NCBI GenBank assembly: GCA_964525535.1
Contig: CAZGHT010000012.1
Span: 3,040 to 67,039, forward strand
From: an uncultured Rhodothermaceae bacterium
GTDB lineage: Bacteria > Bacteroidota > Rhodothermia > Rhodothermales > JAHQVL01
Reading direction: 5' to 3'
Length of the DNA stretch: 64,000 nucleotides
Part shown: piece by piece, positions 58,713-64,000 of the stretch
How positions within the stretch are numbered: position 1 is the stretch's first letter
Layout: each line of letters starts with the position of its first letter
Notes under the pieces: generated by a model
Database searches by the model: none
Told to the model about the DNA's origin: nothing
Seen by the model: the letters and a program-made list of their open reading frames with translations, nothing else
Made by a program: the position numbers and the translations under genes

Positions 58713-59975
58713 TCAGGATCCTGCCGGCTCTTCGATGAGCAGTTCGATCTCTTCAGATATCACGTCGACTGGATTAGGAATGGTAGAAAAATCCAGTGCA
58801 TTCGCCATCCTGCTCGCCTGAAGCATAAAGGTTTTTATCTCTTCTTCTCTGGCAGAAAGTCGATCTACAGGTATGCCTGCATGGATATCGTAATCGTCGA
58901 GAAATACAGCCGGAGGGATGCCGGGGAACACTACCGTCAAAACAGGCAGCGCGAGCTGGCTTGCCGTAGACAATACGGTCGAGTTGGAACCGATCACCAG
59001 GCAGGCCTGATGGAGATCCTCCTCGAGTGTGCCCTCGGAAAAAGCGATGCCTCGCTGCTCCAGCTCCGACAGCGCCGTCCGTTCCTCCCGGGGATGCAAG
59101 CGCACCACGAATTCCAGTCCCACGGACCGGGCAAATCGGTGCATCGTCTCGATGGCACGCTGATACGTGTCCTTGCTGACAGCCCCTTCCGCCACGTAGG
59201 GCTGCGAGACGAAGAGCACGTTCTTCTCCGCTGCCCGAGTGTCGTTTTTCTCCTTGAGCCTGTCCAGAATTTTTACCAGATCGATATGCCCGCTGACAAC
59301 CATACGGGTTTCGTCCGACATCCCGTACTGTTGTTTGAAGTAGGATCTGTCCTGATCGCTGATCAGGCATAACGTGTTGTATTTCACGTTGTAGGTACGC
59401 GTAGGTGAAAAATCGTACTTATGATGCCTGAAGATGAGTTCGTACAATTCGGCCAACAAATCCACGAGCGCCGGAGGGCGGTCGAGTTTCCTGGCGTCAC
59501 CAGCATACCGCCGAAAGGCTTCTACGTAATAGGCCGCTCGTTTCAGGTTGTAATACAGCTTACGCACCTGTTCGATCGCCCCCCCACCAACCGAGGCGGC
59601 ATACCGTACATTCACTCCATGCATGAAATGCAGGGTGGGAATGGATTTCCCTACGCTGACCAAATTGCCCCAGCGGGCTGGGAAATTGTGTACGGCGATA
59701 AACACCACGACAGATGGATCGATGGTTTCGATCGCAGAAGCAATCGAGTTGCCGAACACGTCGTGATCAAAGATGCCGGCGTAATAAACGTCGTTCGCAG
59801 ATCGATCGCGGTACGTTTTCAGAGCCATCTCACGGCGATTCTGAGGCAAATAGGGCATCACCAGCGACTCGAAATGGAGATAGTAGGCCTTATGCCGGCT
59901 GGAAAGCGCTTCAACCACACGATCCGTATAGAACAACCCGGCACGCCAGGTGTCGATAAATAAAATTTTTGCCAT
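58713..59975 (-). CDS. Putative nonulosonic-acid (sialyl/KDN) transferase-like protein
   Basis: ATG at 59975; GT-B-like C-terminus LFVSQP, VVRLHPRE, GSNSTVL; lies between the CMP-synthetase and flippase genes. Confidence 0.55.
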   Translation of the reverse strand: MAKILFIDTWRAGLFYTDRVVEALSSRHKAYYLHFESLVMPYLPQNRREMALKTYRDRSANDVYYAGIFDHDVFGNSIASAIETIDPSVVVFIAVHNFPARWGNLVSVGKSIPTLHFMHGVNVRYAASVGGGAIEQVRKLYYNLKRAAYYVEAFRRYAGDARKLDRPPALVDLLAELYELIFRHHKYDFSPTRTYNVKYNTLCLISDQDRSYFKQQYGMSDETRMVVSGHIDLVKILDRLKEKNDTRAAEKNVLFVSQPYVAEGAVSKDTYQRAIETMHRFARSVGLEFVVRLHPREERTALSELEQRGIAFSEGTLEEDLHQACLVIGSNSTVLSTASQLALPVLTVVFPGIPPAVFLDDYDIHAGIPVDRLSAREEEIKTFMLQASRMANALDFSTIPNPVDVISEEIELLIEEPAGS

Positions 59976-59995
59976 GATAATGATGTAAAGCGGCT

Positions 59996-61231
59996 TCAGT
60001 GCATAGACCTTCGGACGTGCAGGAGCTGTTCGGCTACCTCTCGAACGCACCCCTCTCCCCCCTTCTTTCGGCAGATATAATCGACAAACGGGTGCAGTTC
60101 CGGCATCCCGTCGGCGGGTGTGGCCGCAAAGCCGACTTCTTTCAGGATGGCGAGATCGTTGACGTCATCCCCGATAAAAGCGACTTCGTCGGAAGAGAAT
60201 CCGGTCTCTTGCAATATTTTCCTCAAAACCCCCGCTTTGTCGGTGACTCCCTGAAACAGGTGATCCACCTGCAACTTTTCCGCTCGTCTGCTGACGATCT
60301 CCGTGTCTTCGCTCGTGATTATCCCGGTCTGCAGTCCTTCTTTGCGCAGCAATTCGAGGCCTTTGCCATCGCGGGTATTGAATTTCTTCAACTCATCGCC
60401 GTGTTCGCTGTAGTACATGCCGGCATCGGTCAGCACACCGTCTACGTCGGTCAGGAATAGCTTGATGCGACCGAGCGCCCGGGCCGTCGCTGCGTCGTAA
60501 GGAGGGGATTCTCTCCCCGTAGAGGCGCTTCCGTTGGACGGACTGCGATCCGCTCTGGCGAGCAGCAGACGTTCGATGATGTGCCAGTCAGCCGGCTCGT
60601 CCAGTTCGTAATAGGTGTCCTCCGGCATCTCATAAGCGCCGATACGACCCGACAGGCGACTTCCCGACGCCAGAAGCGACGAGCAGGAACATACATAAAA
60701 CGCTCCATTCTCGACGTGGAATCCCTGCACATCCTGTCGCCTCGGCCGCGCCGCCGGGTCGTAGTTCCAGGGTTTCGCTGACGTACGATCTACCTTCCAG
60801 ATAAAGCGTTTCTGCCTTACGACAGAGAGCAGGCTGTCGTACCCTCCCGATACGTAGTGCTGCACCCCTTCCTGGAGGTGCTTCGCCTGCAACAGGGGCG
60901 ACGTAGCCTGGATGAGGACGAGGTCCTGAAAGGACGCAGTACGGGCGTATTCGAGCATGGCCGACTCCGTCGATGCAGAGTCGGTAGCCGTTTCGGGACT
61001 TCGATCGACGATCTCGACCTTCTCGTGCCCGTAGCGCTCCACACACGCCCGGATCGCTGTATCGTCGGTCGACACCACGACCCGGTCGATCAAACCACAT
61101 TGGACGGCGGCATCGAGCACCCAGTATACGAGAGGCCGGCCGGCGATCGGCTTGATGTTTTTGCCGGGAATGCTCTTGCTGCCTCCTCGTAGCGGGATGA
61201 AGGCGGTCACACGAGGTCCTTTTGTTTCCAT
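59996..61231 (-). CDS. Acylneuraminate/KDN cytidylyltransferase fused to a KdsC-family HAD phosphatase
   Basis: IPLRGGSKSIPGKN, QATSP, RPRRQD, ENGAFY; C-terminal DVDGVLTD, KKFNTRDG, FIGDDVND, KGGEGCVRE. Confidence 0.9.
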   Translation of the reverse strand: METKGPRVTAFIPLRGGSKSIPGKNIKPIAGRPLVYWVLDAAVQCGLIDRVVVSTDDTAIRACVERYGHEKVEIVDRSPETATDSASTESAMLEYARTASFQDLVLIQATSPLLQAKHLQEGVQHYVSGGYDSLLSVVRQKRFIWKVDRTSAKPWNYDPAARPRRQDVQGFHVENGAFYVCSCSSLLASGSRLSGRIGAYEMPEDTYYELDEPADWHIIERLLLARADRSPSNGSASTGRESPPYDAATARALGRIKLFLTDVDGVLTDAGMYYSEHGDELKKFNTRDGKGLELLRKEGLQTGIITSEDTEIVSRRAEKLQVDHLFQGVTDKAGVLRKILQETGFSSDEVAFIGDDVNDLAILKEVGFAATPADGMPELHPFVDYICRKKGGEGCVREVAEQLLHVRRSMH

Positions 61232-62082
61232 TTGAGTTTTTCTCGTTGAACGGCCTCGATGGGGAGGATCTCTTCTTTCTTATAAGAAAGCGCTTTGGCG
61301 ACGCTCCTCATGTCGCGAGCGAGACGACGCATGCCATCCGGCTCCAGAGAGGCTGCGTGGTCGGTCCCCTTCCACGTACGATCGAGCGTATAGTGGCGCT
61401 CTATCCACGTGGCCCCCAACGTCATTGCGGCGACATCAGCGGCGATGCCGAGGTGGTGCCCCGAGAAACCGATCGACTTAACGCGCTCTCCGTACATTTC
61501 GATCAGCCGTGTGATTTCGTACAGGCAGATATCTTCGAAAGGTACGGGATATCCAGACGTGCAACTGTAAATAACCAGGCTGTCTCCGCGCCCCCGCTCT
61601 TCGAAGAACTGTACGATCTGTTCCTCTTCTTCCCGGGACGTCATCCCGAAAGACGCATGAATATCGCCCGGGAACTGCTCGCATAAATAGCCGAGCATTT
61701 CAAAATGCAGATTCGAAGCGGAGGGGATCTTGATGAACGCCGGATCGATGGACACGATCTCACGCGCAGAGGTCACATCCCAGACAGACGTGGAGTAGGT
61801 CAGGCCGTATTCTTCGCACCAGGCTTTCAACTGCCTGTGCTGATCGAGGTCGAATTCGAGGAATTCTCGATGCTCGCCGTAGCTCTCGCCGTACGAATTG
61901 TGCGGGTTGGGATGAGGGGCGTTGTATTGCTCTTCCGAAAGCAGCTCGCGAGCATTCCTCTTCTGAAATTTGACCGCGTCCACCTTACAGAAGATGGCAG
62001 CGACTTCGATCATCTCTTTGGCGATATTCATATCGCCCTTGTGGTTACACCCAATTTCTGCGACAACTTTTGGAGGTATCAT
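61207..62082 (-). CDS. NeuB-family nonulosonate synthase, short form without C-terminal SAF domain
   Basis: VAEIGCNHKGD, VKFQKR, KIPS, CTSGYP, GFSGH, IERHYTLDR..GTDH..SLEP; 291 aa. Confidence 0.88.
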   Translation of the reverse strand: MIPPKVVAEIGCNHKGDMNIAKEMIEVAAIFCKVDAVKFQKRNARELLSEEQYNAPHPNPHNSYGESYGEHREFLEFDLDQHRQLKAWCEEYGLTYSTSVWDVTSAREIVSIDPAFIKIPSASNLHFEMLGYLCEQFPGDIHASFGMTSREEEEQIVQFFEERGRGDSLVIYSCTSGYPVPFEDICLYEITRLIEMYGERVKSIGFSGHHLGIAADVAAMTLGATWIERHYTLDRTWKGTDHAASLEPDGMRRLARDMRSVAKALSYKKEEILPIEAVQREKLKWKQKDLV

Positions 62083-62212
62083 TGTTTTTCTGAGTTATCA
62101 GGACGGTGTGCGATATCAGCCGAGTGCCGATATGGGAAGAGTCCGTCCAGGCCATTAGGGAAGTGCGTTCGTTGTGATTGGAACAGGTTGCCGGCCGGGC
62201 CGGCTGAGAGCG

Positions 62213-63436
62213 TCATGGCGTGCTGTGTTTGCGCTTCACGCCCATGCGCCTGTACAATCCTTCGGGGAGAAGGGTCATGGTGATCTCTTTGAACTTGGTC
62301 CGGTCGCTCTCCTCCCGGAGGAGTGAGTTAAAGAAGGACCGCATGAATGCAAGATAACAACCCGCCAGCAAGCCCAAAAAGAGTGCCAGGATCAGGATGA
62401 GTGTCCGTTTGGGCGCGCTGGGCTGAATCGGAACGACGGGTTGTTCGAGCACAGTAACTGCGGGTTCGCTCCGTTTGAGATCGATCACGGCTTTTGTGTA
62501 CTGGGCTTGAAGCTCCCGGTAGACCTCTTCCTTGAAGGAAACGTTGCGCCGGTATCGATCCCGCTCGGTGAGCGCTCGTGCGCTTCGCAGGTTTGTATTT
62601 CGGTCTTCGAAGGCAGCCAGCTCGTTCTCGGCCTGCCGGAGAGAATCGTGCGCTTCGGCAAAACGTTCCGAAATGAATTCGAGGTCTTCGCGCGCCTTCT
62701 GCGTGCGAAGCACCCGAATCCGCTCCTGCAGGTGGGTGATGAAACCCTGCACGAGTTCGGTCGAGAGCGCGGGATTTTTCGTGGTTGCGGAGATGGTCAT
62801 CAACCCCGTTACCTCATCGACGTTGACCGAGATGAGTTCGAGCACGTATTCCATGGCGAGGTCTTCTTCGTACGTGATGTGCATGATAGTTCCGCTTTCG
62901 AGGTAAACCGGCTCGGGCTTCCCGGACAGGGCTTTTTTTATCGTCCAGGGCAGCTTGAACGTGAAGTCCTGGATCAATTCAAAAAAGCCGGGCGGTCGGT
63001 TCACGTAGTCTACAAAAGAGGCACGGCCGAAATCGCCAAATTCGAAGGTGTCCCGCACTACATTGAGGCGCACCTCCTTGCTCAGCGCGATGAGGGGATA
63101 AGCGTCGGGACTCAGCCCCATGGCAGATTGCCCGAGGTCTACCCCGAAGCCCCGCAACAGAGAGAGGCTGCCAATTCCGGCCATGCCGCCCTCTGACTGG
63201 CCCTCCCGCACCACTTTAGCCTGAGAGGTGTATTTCGGCGGCGCCAACAAGGCATAAACGAGGCCGCATACCAGAAAAAACGCCGCCGTACGGAGAATCA
63301 GTGTCCTGTTTCTCGCCAGCACAAGGAGAGCGTCCAACAGCGTGATGTCCGACGAGGCTTTTTTGTCCGATGCGTTTGCGCTTTCCGGCTCGTGGTGACC
63401 GTTGGTAAAGTGCGGATTGTGTTCTGCGTCACTCAT
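62213..63436 (-). CDS. Wzz/Wzc-like chain-length determinant (no kinase domain)
   Basis: Two TM segments flanking a coiled coil; PPKYTSQA and PVVPIQPSAPKR motifs. Confidence 0.85.
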   Translation of the reverse strand: MSDAEHNPHFTNGHHEPESANASDKKASSDITLLDALLVLARNRTLILRTAAFFLVCGLVYALLAPPKYTSQAKVVREGQSEGGMAGIGSLSLLRGFGVDLGQSAMGLSPDAYPLIALSKEVRLNVVRDTFEFGDFGRASFVDYVNRPPGFFELIQDFTFKLPWTIKKALSGKPEPVYLESGTIMHITYEEDLAMEYVLELISVNVDEVTGLMTISATTKNPALSTELVQGFITHLQERIRVLRTQKAREDLEFISERFAEAHDSLRQAENELAAFEDRNTNLRSARALTERDRYRRNVSFKEEVYRELQAQYTKAVIDLKRSEPAVTVLEQPVVPIQPSAPKRTLILILALFLGLLAGCYLAFMRSFFNSLLREESDRTKFKEITMTLLPEGLYRRMGVKRKHSTP

Positions 63437-63441
63437 GGGCG

Positions 63442-64000
63442 TTAGTTAAATGCCTGTTTTGCCAGAACGAGGATGGTCAATGTGCTCGAGACGATAGCTA
63501 CTGTATCAACGATCGTGCTCCCGATGTCGACACGTTCGCCGGGTTCTTTAGGCGGTTTTCGCGTAACCAGGATGCGGGCTCCTTCATCGACGACGGGATT
63601 CGACTTGAAGAGCCCCCGGCGTTTGACTCGATACGTGGCGCCCGACGCCTGGGTCAACAGGATCGCCTCCGTGTCGGGCCGCAACCCGCCTGCACGATTC
63701 AAGTAATAGGTAACTCGCTCGCCGGGCTCGAATTTGATGAGGCCCTCATTGGCTACATTACCGCGCACAGCGACGGTGTTGGGCTGCAGCGGAATGATGA
63801 TCTCGTCGCCGGGGAGCAGCACGATATCGGCAGACTGATCGCCGGAGATGGCTTTGTCCATTTCGACGATTACCTGGAGGTTATCCCTCAGCAGGCGCCC
63901 GCCGCGCGGGTATCCGCTGGGAAGAATCCCGCCGGCCCGTCGTACCAGTTCGGTGAGCGTCTCGTTCTCCCGTAGCAAGGTATACGTACCGGGAAAGTTC
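63442..64000 (-). CDS. SLBB-domain polysaccharide export protein (Wza/KpsD-like), 5'-truncated by the window edge
   Basis: SLBB repeats ELVRRAGG, LLPGDEIIIP, VAVRGNV, YYLNRAGG; C-terminal hydrophobic helix; frame stays open to the window end. Confidence 0.8.
   Translation of the reverse strand, partial: NFPGTYTLLRENETLTELVRRAGGILPSGYPRGGRLLRDNLQVIVEMDKAISGDQSADIVLLPGDEIIIPLQPNTVAVRGNVANEGLIKFEPGERVTYYLNRAGGLRPDTEAILLTQASGATYRVKRRGLFKSNPVVDEGARILVTRKPPKEPGERVDIGSTIVDTVAIVSSTLTILVLAKQAFN

Noticed and set aside
1-64000. CRISPR arrays, tRNA/rRNA genes, IS elements, integrases, prophage or defence genes
   Set aside because: No regularly spaced repeats, cloverleaf, transposase, recombinase or phage motifs were seen by eye.

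Overview
GC-rich, gene-dense chromosomal window. Gene content (T9SS-type cargo, SusC/SusD, DUF5723/DUF3078/DUF4783-like proteins) suggests an FCB-group bacterium, probably Rhodothermota; the taxonomy is an inference. Bases 0.4-33 kb are mostly housekeeping and envelope genes: a CPA1 antiporter-TrkA_N-PTS EIIA fusion, galE, galM, lutABC, hisI, a SleB-like hydrolase, yidD-moaB-cysS-hemB, trkAH behind a 1389-aa orphan kinase, a 923-aa repetitive lipoprotein with a DUF5723-like barrel, mutS2, ompA-like and TPR genes. Bases 33-45 kb hold a wbpD/E/B-like trio, a cohesin+dockerin T9SS-type protein, a ~650-bp spacer packed with hairpins, a stand-alone SusC/SusD pair and a class-V PLP enzyme. Bases 45-64 kb are a Wzx/Wzy polysaccharide locus that runs off the window end and includes a probable KDN-type nonulosonic acid module. 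I saw no rRNA, tRNA, CRISPR array, transposase or phage gene. The best novelty candidates are the structured RNA-like spacer before susC, the lipoprotein-barrel pair, the cohesin-dockerin protein and the candidate KDN transferase. All family calls come from motif recognition by eye, not database searches.
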